64,000 nucleotides of DNA from Salinispira sp. (GTDB lineage: Bacteria > Spirochaetota > Spirochaetia > DSM-27196 > Salinispiraceae): NCBI GenBank assembly GCA_965226555.1, contig CBDDDG010000002.1:64001-128000 (forward strand), read 5' to 3'. The notes below the pieces were generated by a model, which was not told where the DNA came from, did no database searches, and saw only the letters and a list, made by a program, of their open reading frames with translations. The position numbers and the translations under genes were made by a program. How positions within the stretch are numbered: the first letter of the stretch is position 1; every line of letters starts with the position of its first letter. This document shows, one piece after another, positions 1-10,263 of this stretch.

Positions 1-9
1 TATGTAATG

Positions 10-39
10 TTGACATTCGCCCCCCAATGTCGATATTAT
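10..39 (+). promoter_or_regulatory. Putative sigma70 promoter of the first lipoprotein gene
   Basis: TTGACA (10-15), 18-nt spacer, TATTAT (34-39). Confidence 0.45.
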
Positions 40-77
40 GTGCTATACTCTAAATAAGAAACCTTTCTACGCCCTCT

Positions 78-2417
78 GTGCTGTGGGGTTTTCTCATCAT
101 ACTGACATTGCTCGTCGCGGCCTGCCCAATGTCGAAACCAACACCAGTGCCCATGGACATGGATACATCGCCCCTAATAGGCGTGTGGACCGCGGATAAT
201 GGGTTTCATACCATAGAATTCACCGCCACAATGTACATAGACAAGTTTTCGGGTTTGATTTGTGATTACACGGATAACGGGAACTCAATTACGCTCAGTA
301 ATTGTATGGGAGTCGAAGGAGCGGAAAACCTTAATGGGGCAACGGTAGAGTATACCATTGATGGAGATACCTTAACATTTGATGGCACTACCTATACCCG
401 GCAGAATTCAGATGTACCTGAACCAACCGTGCCGGGCACCATGGCTGCCCCAAGCCTTGAAGCGGGGAATGAGCAACTAAGGGTTAACTGGACTGCGCCG
501 GAAGAAACCGGCGATAGTGAAATTACCGCGTATGAACTTCGCCATAGCGATGACGGCGGGAGCAGCTGGTCGGAGGACATTACTACAGCCGACGCGCCAG
601 CCACAGAGACCATCATCACGGGACTGACAAACGGCACCCCCTACGTCGCGCAGGTGCGCGCACGGAACAGCGCGGGCGCAGGCGAATGGTCGGAATCGAG
701 CGCAGAAGCAACACCTATTGGCGTTTCCCTCGCGCCGAATGGGTTCATGCTTGCAGTGAGTATGCAAACAATTACCGCAACATGGACTGCGCCGACCGAT
801 ACTGGCGACAGCCCCATTATTCGCTATGAACTGCAACATCGCGTAGCCGGAGTAAGCGCGTGGGAACCTGTCATTGCCACCGCCGATGCCGACACCCTGA
901 CTCTCCCCATCCCCAACCTGACAAAAGGTGCCGAGTACGAGGTGCAGGTCTACGCTGTCAATGGTCAGGGCAATGGTAACCCAACGGAAATTAAGAAAAT
1001 AACAATTCCGGCTACCAAACCCAGCGCGATGAATGCTCCCACGCTCACAACCGGAGACAACAATCTCACAGCGACATGGACAGCACCCGATGATGACGGA
1101 GGCAGCGCAATTACCGCGTACCATGTGCAGTATAGTTCAGACGGCGAAAGCGCTTGGACGGCGGTCACCGACATTATAAGTGCTACTGCCGCAAGCCACA
1201 CCATTACGGGACTGGTAAGCGGTACCTCCTACAATGTGCAGGTGCGCGCCGTCAATGCGGTGGACAATGGCGACTGGTCTGCATCCGCAACGGAAACGGC
1301 GCGGATTATTGGAACACAGGCTCCCTTTGGTACGGCAGCATCCGTCATTCTTTCGGCTGCTATTAATACCCAAATTGCCGATGAGATCCTCACCGTTACT
1401 TTGGCTACGGCTACTACCCCGGTCGCAGGGGTTACCGTTGCCCTGCCGACAGTTAATGCAAGTACCGGAATTATTACGGTTACCGCAACAACAACGGCAG
1501 GAACATATGTGGTATCCGGCGCAACCGGAGGAGAAAACAAGTTTACCGAAAAGTTTTATGTTACCGTGAGTCCTACTACTAACGCCGAACTGGACACACA
1601 GGTAGCTGCGGGGATATCAACTTGGGGCAATACTGCCGATCTCAACTACATTGTTACCACGGCAGTAACGGATATGTTAGGGGTATTCCTCGGTGCATAC
1701 TTATTCAATCAAGATATCTCCGGTTGGGATGTCAGTTCGGTAACGAATATGAGAAGTATGTTAAGGGGCGCAAATTCATTCAATGGCGATATCTCCGGTT
1801 GGGATGTCAGTAAGGTAACGGATATGTCCAATATATTCTATGAAGCAGCCAAATTCAATAGCGATATCTCTAGCTGGAATGTCAGTAAGGTAACGAATAT
1901 GTTCAGTATGTTTAGGAATGCAGGCGAATTCAATATCGATATCTCCAGTTGGGATGTCAGTAAGGTAACGAATATGTCCAATATGTTCTATGAAGCAACC
2001 AAATTCAATAGCAATATCTCCCAATGGACGACTAACGCTGTAGAGGATATGGCCAGTATGTTCGCCGCAGCACAGGCATTCAATGCCGATATTTCCGAAT
2101 GGGATGTCAGTAAGGTAACGAATATGTCCCTTATGTTCTTTGGGGCGCAAGCATTCAATGCCAATATTTCCAGCTGGAATGTCGATAAGGTAACGAATAT
2201 GAGACGGATGTTCAGTGGCGCAACCGCATTCAGTCAAGATCTTAACAACTGGGCGAAGGATGCGAATGGTAACAACTTGACCACTGGCAGCTGGAACAAT
2301 GGCACATATACCGGAAACAAAACAAGTATGTTTGTGGATTCCGGCTTGGATTCGGGTGATACAACGGATCCGGAGACTGCTGTGACCCAACCGAATTATC
2401 CATCATGGTATTGGTAG
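78..2417 (+). CDS. Surface lipoprotein: FN3 repeats + BspA/DUF285 repeats (copy 1); start uncertain
   Basis: Lipobox LVAAC; three FN3 domains (W..P...G.S.IT.Y...Y.VQVRA.N..G.G.WS); 25-aa FN.DIS.WDVS.VTNM..MF repeats; C-terminal PSWYW; GTG78 lacks an obvious RBS. Confidence 0.85.
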   Translation: MLWGFLIILTLLVAACPMSKPTPVPMDMDTSPLIGVWTADNGFHTIEFTATMYIDKFSGLICDYTDNGNSITLSNCMGVEGAENLNGATVEYTIDGDTLTFDGTTYTRQNSDVPEPTVPGTMAAPSLEAGNEQLRVNWTAPEETGDSEITAYELRHSDDGGSSWSEDITTADAPATETIITGLTNGTPYVAQVRARNSAGAGEWSESSAEATPIGVSLAPNGFMLAVSMQTITATWTAPTDTGDSPIIRYELQHRVAGVSAWEPVIATADADTLTLPIPNLTKGAEYEVQVYAVNGQGNGNPTEIKKITIPATKPSAMNAPTLTTGDNNLTATWTAPDDDGGSAITAYHVQYSSDGESAWTAVTDIISATAASHTITGLVSGTSYNVQVRAVNAVDNGDWSASATETARIIGTQAPFGTAASVILSAAINTQIADEILTVTLATATTPVAGVTVALPTVNASTGIITVTATTTAGTYVVSGATGGENKFTEKFYVTVSPTTNAELDTQVAAGISTWGNTADLNYIVTTAVTDMLGVFLGAYLFNQDISGWDVSSVTNMRSMLRGANSFNGDISGWDVSKVTDMSNIFYEAAKFNSDISSWNVSKVTNMFSMFRNAGEFNIDISSWDVSKVTNMSNMFYEATKFNSNISQWTTNAVEDMASMFAAAQAFNADISEWDVSKVTNMSLMFFGAQAFNANISSWNVDKVTNMRRMFSGATAFSQDLNNWAKDANGNNLTTGSWNNGTYTGNKTSMFVDSGLDSGDTTDPETAVTQPNYPSWYW

Positions 2418-2460
2418 TTTCATAGCCCGCAGGAGCTATTGAAACGCTGCAATTCAACTC

Positions 2461-2497
2461 AGGCAGGCGCGGATTTCCCCCCGTGCCTGCCTTTTTT
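2461..2497 (+). terminator. Rho-independent terminator
   Basis: aggcaggcgcgg-loop-ccgtgcctgcct followed by a T-run, downstream of the lipoprotein stop. Confidence 0.7.
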
Positions 2498-3000
2498 CGA
2501 TAGCTTGCCTATGCGACGGGATCAGGCTAATATCCCAAAATAATAGAAACTTTTTACAAAAATTTCTCATTTTGTCATTCACCATTCATATGTAACCCGT
2601 CTATATGGTATGAGCAAAAAATATATCAACACAGAGCATACCAGCCCCCATTCCCGACTCCCTGAAAAAAATTCACACATTTTGCAAAATTCTTTCAAAA
2701 TACATAGTTAAAAATGACTTTTCTCCCGTTATAGATATAGGAGGAATGTTTATGAAAAAATCATCCCAGAGCACAGGCCATATCCACGACATAGCCTTCA
2801 AGATCGCCTACTACAGAACCCCCCGTATGATTCTCGACCTGCTGCGGCTGTTCTGTGAGGATACAACGCTTTCCAAGATGGACATGGACAAAATCCGCAT
2901 TGAAACCCCCAGCTACATTGCAGGAAAAAAGAACCTTCTCTGCGATCTCGTTGTCAGCGCCCCCTTCCTGTCAGACCCCGAGCGGAAAGCTCTGTTTATT

Positions 3001-3123
3001 ACTGAAAATTTTGCTCCGCAAAATTTTCAAATGAGGATTCTCTCATCTATACTCTTGATTCTCTCACGGTATAGAAAGTTTTGCCTTGGAAAATTGTGCA
3101 AGCACAATTTCCAGTAGCAAAAC
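3001..3123. repeat. Composite palindromic insert 1 (hairpin + spacer + nested hairpin)
   Basis: gaaaattttgc-tcc-gcaaaattttc ... gaaagttttgccttggaaaattgtgc-aa-gcacaatttccagtagcaaaac; near-identical at 6193-6315 and 10513-10635. Confidence 0.85.
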
Positions 3124-3618
3124 TTTTGTATTGAACATAAAAGCTACCAGCACAAACATGCGCTTACTCAAATCGATAACTATCAATATGCCCTCAGAAA
3201 CAGCAATGTGTACAATGAAAATGATGCTATCTATATACTGCTGCTCTACCATGGAAAAAATGAATGGAACCTCCCACTCACATTTTACAGTTCACATGGA
3301 AATGCTGCTTCCGAATCCATGATCGAAGGCACGGTAGATGTCAAGGTGAAAGTGTCGTACATTGTGCGCGATCTGAGGCGAATGACAAAGAAGCAGTTGG
3401 CATGGCGTTCCGATGAAAAACGATATACATCGACTGCATTGTGGTATATAATGCGAGATAATAAAATGGATGCTGAGGGGCTGAAAGAAATTGCGCAGCT
3501 CCTGAACGGTCTGTCTTCACAAGACTTTACTGATCTGGCAGAGAGTGTGCTGGGCTATCTAAAAGATCTGGGACTGTATGAACAGTTTGAGAAAATTAAC
3601 AGGAAACTATATCCTAGA

Positions 3619-3745
3619 CAAAGTTTTGCCACAGGCAAAACTTTCTACAAAATGAGAGAATGCCAAGCGCAACGAGGTCTGCCAAATGTGAAACTTTTGC
3701 TACTGGAAATTGTGCTCTGCACAATTTTCCAATGCAAAAGTTTCA
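3619..3745. repeat. Composite palindromic insert 3 (~127 bp)
   Basis: aaagttttgcc-aca-ggcaaaacttt + ~44-nt spacer + nested hairpin; also at 6926-7052, 11131-11257 and 61048-61174; same architecture as intergenic 52420-52545. Confidence 0.85.
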
Positions 3746-3760
3746 GGAGGAGAAAACAGT

Positions 3761-4084
3761 ATGCGGACATATAATATTACCAACGCCTTCGTCAGGGAAG
3801 GCATTGCGAAGGGCCGGATTGAGGGTCTTGAACAGGGTATGGAGAAAGGTATTCTGAAAGGCCGGGTTGAAGGTCTTGAGCAGGGAATGGAGAAAGGCAT
3901 TCTGAAAGGAATGGAGAGAGGTATTCTGAAAGGCCAACAGGAAGGACTGCGAACAGGTCGTGAAGAAGGCATTCGAGAAACGGCTCGCAGTATGTTTTCC
4001 AAAGGATTTTCAGCCCATGACATTCAGGATGTTACCGGGCTGAGCGATGAGGAAATTCGGACAGTGCGGAACGGATCGCATTAA
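3761..4084 (+). CDS. RpnS-like small C-terminal protein of RpnB1
   Basis: AGGAGG-agaaaacagt-ATG; MRTYNITNAF followed by GxEx repeats, ending VRNGSH. Confidence 0.65.
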   Translation: MRTYNITNAFVREGIAKGRIEGLEQGMEKGILKGRVEGLEQGMEKGILKGMERGILKGQQEGLRTGREEGIRETARSMFSKGFSAHDIQDVTGLSDEEIRTVRNGSH

Positions 4085-4232
4085 TTATCGCCGATCGGCC
4101 TGCTCGCCATGCGTCTGTTGCTGAGACGGGGGCTGGTCGGAGGCTTGCGCATCCTGGGCTGATCGGCGTTGCACGCCTGCTCGCCCAAGCGGCGGGGTTA
4201 GGTCAATATCTCAAAATAATAGAAACTTTTTG
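4085..4232. repeat. GC-rich modular repeat + conserved tail after Rpn genes
   Basis: Modules gcctgctcgccatgcg and gggctggtcggaggc, tail ggtcaatatc.caaaataatagaaacttt; recurs at ~5715-5875, 7392-7600, 10031-10200, 26520-26580 and 54760-54915; GC modules without the tail at 60230-60365. Confidence 0.75.
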
Positions 4233-4613
4233 AAAAACTTTCTCATGTTATCATTCACCGTTCATATGTAACCCGTCTATATGGTATGAGCAAAAAATAT
4301 ATCGGCATGGTACACGCTGGAAATATGTTTTCGGGAATATTCAGATATTCCGGGATTTCATATATTCATACTTCAACAAAGACCTCGCACGGAGCATGGA
4401 GAGCATCAACACAGAGCATACCAGCCCCCATTCCCGACTCCCTGAAAAAAATTCACACATTTTGCAAAATTCTTTCCACATACATAGTCAAGAATGACTT
4501 TTTACCCGTTATAGATGTAGGAGGGGAGAATTCACCATGGCATCACATCGCCATGGGAGCTCCTCCCCTATTCAGAAAAAAACGTTCAGAAAAAAACCTT
4601 CAGGAGAAATTAT

Positions 4614-5714
4614 ATGATCGATTTCAAAGAAAAACCCGCCCCCGTTCCCTACGACCAAGGCTACCGCTCCCTGCTGTTCCAACCCGCAATAATGCTCCAA
4701 TTTCTTCAACGCTTTGTCGGAGGCGCATGGACGAAAAAACTCCGCCGTGAGGATATAACCATCGAAAACGGTACCTTTTTCATCGACCATGCGAAAACAC
4801 GAATGGCCGACATTGTCTGCAAAATCAGGACTCGGGATCACACGGGAGATGTTGCTATCTATGTGCTCCTTGAGCATCAGTCCGGCGTGGACAAAGACAT
4901 GCCCCTCCGCATGTCGGAGTACACAAACCTTCTCTATCGGCACATTCACCGCTCTGGCGCAATTCCCGATGACTGCGAGTTGATATTTCTGCCCATTGTG
5001 TTTTATAATGGTACGAGAAAATGGAAGGTGCCCGGGAATGTCAGAAAGCAACGGAAGCGGAAATTCCCGCAGTATCTTGCTCCTTTTCCCTACGATCTTA
5101 TTAGCGAGAGCGATTATTCTGCGGAGCAGCTGCAGCAGCGGGGAAGAATGTTTGCGGCTGTTATGTACCTTGATCTGTACTCGAAAAATCTGCTGAATAC
5201 GGATTGGGACATTCAGATAGTAGAGAAAGCGATAGCAGAAATGCTGAATGAGGAATCGCTGGAGCTGATAGAGGAATTTATCGGCGTGATAGATTCGATG
5301 TTCGGAATTGTTATAGACTTCGATACGTTAATGAATCAATTAGAAAGAACAAAAGAACCGAGAGGTAAGGAGGTAGCGAAAATGTTCAGAATGAATGCGG
5401 AAACATTCAAAGCGCGCATTGCGGAGATGGGTCGGCAGGAAGGACTACAGACAGGATTGCAAACAGGTCGACAGGAAGGTCGTGAAGAAGGATTGCAGGA
5501 AGGACTTCAGACAGGACTTCAGACAGGTCGGCAGGAAGGACTGCGGACAGGTCGGCAGGAAGGACTACAGACAGGTCGCGCGGAGGGGCATATTGAGGAG
5601 CGGAGAAAAAACGCCCGCAGTATGTTTTTGGAAGGGTTGTCGACCGAGGCTGTTCAGAGAATTACCGGGCTGAGCGATGAGGAAATTCTGACAGTGCGGA
5701 ACGGATCGCATTAA
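4614..5714 (+). CDS. Rpn-family recombination-promoting nuclease/putative transposase subfamily A, copy 1 (366 aa)
   Basis: YDQGYRSLL, MADIVCKI, LLEHQS, MPLRMSEY and PIVFYNG motifs; C-terminal 4-aa GRQE/GLQT repeats; internal AGGAGG + ATG at 5382. Confidence 0.9.
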   Translation: MIDFKEKPAPVPYDQGYRSLLFQPAIMLQFLQRFVGGAWTKKLRREDITIENGTFFIDHAKTRMADIVCKIRTRDHTGDVAIYVLLEHQSGVDKDMPLRMSEYTNLLYRHIHRSGAIPDDCELIFLPIVFYNGTRKWKVPGNVRKQRKRKFPQYLAPFPYDLISESDYSAEQLQQRGRMFAAVMYLDLYSKNLLNTDWDIQIVEKAIAEMLNEESLELIEEFIGVIDSMFGIVIDFDTLMNQLERTKEPRGKEVAKMFRMNAETFKARIAEMGRQEGLQTGLQTGRQEGREEGLQEGLQTGLQTGRQEGLRTGRQEGLQTGRAEGHIEERRKNARSMFLEGLSTEAVQRITGLSDEEILTVRNGSH

Positions 5715-5943
5715 TTATCACCGCTCGGCCTGCTCGCCATGCGTCTGTTGCTGAGACGGGGGCTGGTCGGAGGCTTGCGCATCCTGGGCTGGTCGCGCTT
5801 CAGCGCTACTCGCCCGGGCATCCGGCTCGCCATGCGTCTGGATCAGGTCAATATCCCAAAATAATAGAAACTTTCTGCAAAACTTTCCCATTTTGTCATT
5901 CATATCTCGTTTTTCTCTCGTCACAGATATAGGAGGAATATTT

Positions 5944-7391
5944 ATGAAAAAATCATCCCAGAGCACAGGCCATATCCACGACATAGCCTTCAAGATCGCC
6001 TACTACAGAACCCCCCGTATGATTCCCGACCTGCTACGGCTGTTCTGTGAGGATACAACGCTTTCCAAGATGGACATGGACAAAATCCGCATTGAAACCC
6101 CCAGCTACATTGCAGGAAAAAAGAACCTTCTCTGCGATCTCGTTGTCAGCGCCCCCTTCCTGTCAGACCCCGAGCGGAAAGCTCTGTTTATTACTGAAAA
6201 TTTTGCTCCGCAAAATTTTCAAATGAGGATTCTCTCATCTATACTCTTGATTCTCTTACGGTATAGAAAGTTTTGCCTTGGAAAATTGTGCAAGCACAAT
6301 TTCCAGTAGCAAAACTTTTGTATTGAGCACAAAAGCTACCAGCATAAACATGCTCTCACTCAAATCGATGACTATCAGCATGCCCTCAGAAACAGCAATG
6401 TGTACAATGAAAATGATGCTATCTATATACTTCTGTTCTACCACGGAAAAAAGGAATGGAACCTCCCACTCACATTTTACAGTTCTCATGGAAATGCTGC
6501 TTCCGAATCTATGACTGAAGGCACGGTAGATGTCAGGGCGAGAGTGTCGTACATTGTGCGCGATCTGAGGCGAATGACAAAGGATCAGTTGGCATGGCGC
6601 TCCGATCAGCGCTTCAATGGAAAACGATATACATCAACTGCGTTGTGGTATATTATGAGAGATAATAACAAAGTTTTTCCTAAAGGAAAAACTTTCTATA
6701 CCGTGAGAGAATCAAGAGTATAGATGAGAGAATCCTCATTTGAAAATTGTGCAGAGCACAATTTTCAGTGAAATGAACGCTGAGGGGCTGAAAGAGATTG
6801 CGCGGCTCCTGAACGGTTTGTCATCACAAGACTTTACTGATCTGGCAGAGAGTGTGCTAGGTTACCTGAAGGACTTGGGACTGTATGAACAGTTTGAGAA
6901 AATTGACAGGGAACTGTACCCTAGACAAAGTTTTGCCACAGGCAAAACTTTCTACAAAATGAGAGAATGCCAAGCGCAACGAGGTCTGCCAAATGTGAAA
7001 CTTTTGCTACTGGAAATTGTGCTCTGCACAATTTTCCAATGCAAAAGTTTCAGGAGGAGAAAACAGTATGCGGACATATAACATAACCAACGCCTTCGTC
7101 AGGGAAGGCATTGCGAAGGGCCGGATTGAGGGTCTTGAACAGGGTATGGAGAAAGGTATTCTGAAAGGCCGGGTTGAAGGTCTTGAGCAGGGAATGGAGA
7201 AAGGCATTCTGAAAGGAATGGAGAGAGGTATTCTGAAAGGCCAACAGGAAGGACTGCGAACAGGTCGTGAAGAAGGCATTCGAGAAACGGCTCGCAGTAT
7301 GTTTTCCAAAGGATTTTCAGCCCATGACATTCAGGATGTTACCGGGCTGAGCGATGAGGAAATTCGGACAGTGCGGAACGGATCGCATTAA
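5944..7391 (+). pseudogene. Rpn subfamily B, copy 2, with three palindromic inserts; RpnS-like ORF 7068-7391 intact
   Basis: Paralog of 2752-4084; inserts at 6193-6315, 6669-6771 and 6926-7052. Confidence 0.8.
6669..6771. repeat. Composite palindromic insert 2 (103 bp), an inverted relative of insert 1
   Basis: Present in copies B2 and B4 (60785-60887); empty site gataataaaatg in B1 and B3; its spacer is the reverse complement of the insert-1 spacer. Confidence 0.85.
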
Positions 7392-8536
7392 TTATCGCCG
7401 ATCGGCCTGCTCGCCATGCGTCTGTTGCTGAGACGGGGGCTGGTCGGAGGCTTGCGCATCCTGGGCTGGTCGCGCTTCCGCGCTGCTCGCCATGCAGCCG
7501 GGCTGGTCGGAGGCTTGCACCTCCTGGGCTGATCGGCGTTGCACGCCTGCTCGCCCAAGCGGCGGGGTTAGGTCAATATCTCAAAATAATAGAAACTTTC
7601 TGCAAAACTTTCCCATTTTGTCATTCACCGTTCATATGTAACCCGTCTATATGGTATGAGCAAAAAATATATCGACACAGAGCATACCAGCCCCCCATTC
7701 CCGACTCCCTGAAAAAAATTCACACATTTTGCAAAATTCTTTCCACATACATAGTCAAGAATGACTTTTTACCCGTTATAGATGTAGGAGGGGAGAATTC
7801 ACCATGGCATCACATCGCCATGGGAGCTCACCTATTCAATAAGAAACGTTCAGAAAAAACATTCAGGAGGATTGTATGATCGATTTCAAAGAAAAACCCG
7901 CCCCCGTTCCCTACGACCAAGGATACCGCTCCCTGCTGTTCCAACCCGCAATAATGCTCCAATTTCTTCAACGCTTTGTCGGAGGCGCATGGACGAAAAA
8001 CCTGCGAACCGAGGATATAACCATCGAAAACGGTACCTTTTTCATTGACCATGCGAAAACACGAATGGCCGACATCGTCTGCAAAATCAGAAGTCGGGAT
8101 CATACGGGAGATGTTGCTATCTATGTGCTCCTTGAGCATCAGTCTGGAGTGGACAAAGACATGCCTCTCCGCATGTCGGAGTACACGAATCTGCTCTATC
8201 GGAACATTCACCGCTCCGGCGAAATTCCCGATGACTGCGAGTTGGTATTTCTGCCCATTGTGTTCTATAATGGAACTCGAAAATGGAAGGTGCCAGGGAA
8301 TGTCAGGGAGCAACGGAAGCGGGAATTCCCGCAGTATCTTGCTCCTTTTCCTTATGATCTTATTAACGAGAGCGATTATTCTGCGGAGCAGTTGCAGCAG
8401 CGGGGAAGAATGTTTGCGGCTGTTATGTACCTTGATCTGTACTCGAAAAATCTGCTGAATACGGATTGGGACATTCGGAAGGTAGAGAAAGCGATAGCAG
8501 AAATGCTGAATGAGGAATCGCTGGAGCTGATAAAGG

Positions 8537-9647
8537 GCTGGATTCAACATTTGAAGTGCACCACTTCGGGCCCACTGTGAGATAGTTTAAGCATTCTATC
8601 AAAAGCTTCCTGCGGTGTCAAATAGTTCAGAATTTTTCGCGGTCGATTGTTGAGCGACCGCTGAAACTCCAGTATTTTCCCTGCGTCAATCATATTGAAA
8701 TCGCAGGACTTGGGAAATTGTCGGCGTATGAGACCGTTGGTGTTCTCTACCGTTCCCTTTTCCCAACTGTGATACGGCTGGCAAAAATATACCTGCATAC
8801 CAGTCAGCCGCTCAATGTTCTTATGACGAGCGTTCTCGCTTCCGTTGTCGAGAGTGAGTGTCCTCCGCAGGGCGGGGGGCAATGACCCGAGCAGCGAAAT
8901 GGCATGATGAGCAAAGGTAAATGATGTTCTATCCGCAAGCGGAGCAATGAAGGTCATCCGGGTTGCCCGTTCAACAAATACCGCCACAGCGCTGCGCTGA
9001 CCCTTTCCAATTATACAATCGCCTTCCCAATGTCCTTCCTCGACACGGGCGTCAACCTCTTTTGGGCGCTCGCTAATTCCTTTCTTGCCAACGACATCGG
9101 GGTTCTTCTTACAATAAGCTCTCCGGTCGCAGCGTCTCTTCCGTTTCTTTCTCCGGGTCGGCAGCAGAACGCACCACTGACGATTTTTCGGTCGGTAACA
9201 ATACTGGTAAATGGCTTCATGGCTTATCGATTGACCGGTAATATCAATACCAATGCGCCCTGAGATTTGCTCGGGAGACCAGCTGCATTCCAGCTTTTCA
9301 TGAACATAGTTCAGGACAATATCATTTTTCAGATGCGTATACTGACCTTTGTTTTTCCGACGCTCCCGCGCCTTCCGCTGAGCCTGAATCGCCACATACC
9401 GCCCGTGATCATTCCGGTTACGGTTCAATTCGCGGTAAATGGTCGTATGGCAACACCCAATGGCCCGGGCTATCTCCCTGACGGGATATCCTTTTCGCAG
9501 ATAATAGGCAATATCCTCATCACTTATCCGTATCCAACTGATTATACTGTCTGTGCACCACCTTTTTGTCCTCCTCGTAGTGGTTTTTTCTTATACTCAC
9601 TATATCTCAGAGGGCGGGGAGGTGGTGCACTTATGGTTGAATTCACC
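8537..9647 (-). mobile_element. IS30-family insertion sequence (1111 bp), 3-bp TSD AGG
   Basis: Imperfect terminal IRs gctggattcaac..aagtgcaccac and ggtgaattcaac..aagtgcaccac; AGG at 8534-8536 and 9648-9650. Confidence 0.9.
8544..9558 (-). pseudogene. IS30 transposase, probably frameshifted near the N-terminus
   Basis: WSPEQI, GHWEGD, TLDNGSE and PYHSWEKGTVENTNGLIR motifs. The HTH (EIARAIG..HTTIYREL) is in frame with 9428, but GTG 9558 is 1 nt out of frame and meets TGA TGA. Confidence 0.7.
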
Positions 9648-10263
9648 AGGAATTTGTCGGCGTGGTAGATTCGATGTTCGGAATTGTTATAGACTTTGAC
9701 ACGCTAATGAACCAATTACAAAGAACAAAAGAACCGAGAGGTAAGGAGGTAGCGAAAATGTTCAGAATGAATGCGGAAACATTCAGAGCGCGCATTGCGG
9801 AAATGGGTCGGCAGGAAGGATTGCAGACAGGTCGGCAGGAAGGACTGCAGACAGGACTGCGAACAGGTCGGCAGGAAGGACTACAGGCAGGTCGCGCGGA
9901 GGGGCATATTGAGGAGCGGAGAAAAAACGCCCGCAGTATGTTTTTGGAAGGGTTGTCGACCGAGGCTGTTCAGAGAATTACCGGGCTGAGCGATGAGGAA
10001 ATTCTGACAGTGCGGAACGGATCGCATTAATTATCACCGCTCGGCCTGCTCGCCATGCGTCTGTTGCTGAGACGGGGGCTGGTCGGAGGCGTGCGCCTCC
10101 TGGGCTGGTCGCGCTTCAGCGCTACTCGCCCGGGCATCCGGCTCGCCATGCGGCGGGCTGATCAAACAGTAATATCCCAAAATAATAGAAACTTTTTCAA
10201 AAACTTTCTCATTTTATCATTTATATCTCGTTTTTCTCTCGTCACAGATGTAGGAGGAAGAAT

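Larger units (their letters stand above)
2752..4084 (+). pseudogene. Rpn-family PD-(D/E)XK nuclease subfamily B, copy 1, interrupted by two palindromic inserts
   Basis: HDIAFK, CDLVV, FCIEHKS and LLYHG motifs and C-terminal GxEx repeats. Inserts at ~3001-3123 (in frame, TAG 3115-3117) and ~3619-3745 (frameshift). Confidence 0.8.
7876..10030 (+). pseudogene. Rpn subfamily A, copy 2, split by IS30; RpnS-like ORF 9758-10030 intact
   Basis: N-terminal part 7876-8536, C-terminal part 9651-10030; removing the IS and one TSD restores ...ELIKEFVGVVDS... Confidence 0.9.

Noticed and set aside
3115..3117. Genome-wide TAG recoding explaining the RpnB stop
   Set aside because: TAG terminates ordinary genes here (dctM, yccA, lipoproteins), and inserts 2 and 3 are frameshifting anyway
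3619..3745. Hairpin-spacer-hairpin units as mini CRISPR arrays
   Set aside because: The spacers are related to each other, the repeats are unequal, there are never more than two units, and no cas genes are present
4085..4232. Integron attC sites
   Set aside because: No integrase and no clear RYYYAAC/GTTRRRY core pairing
4286..4750. 154-aa ORF upstream of RpnA1
   Set aside because: Spans the repeated spacer, is not kept open in paralogous spacers, and overlaps RpnA out of frame
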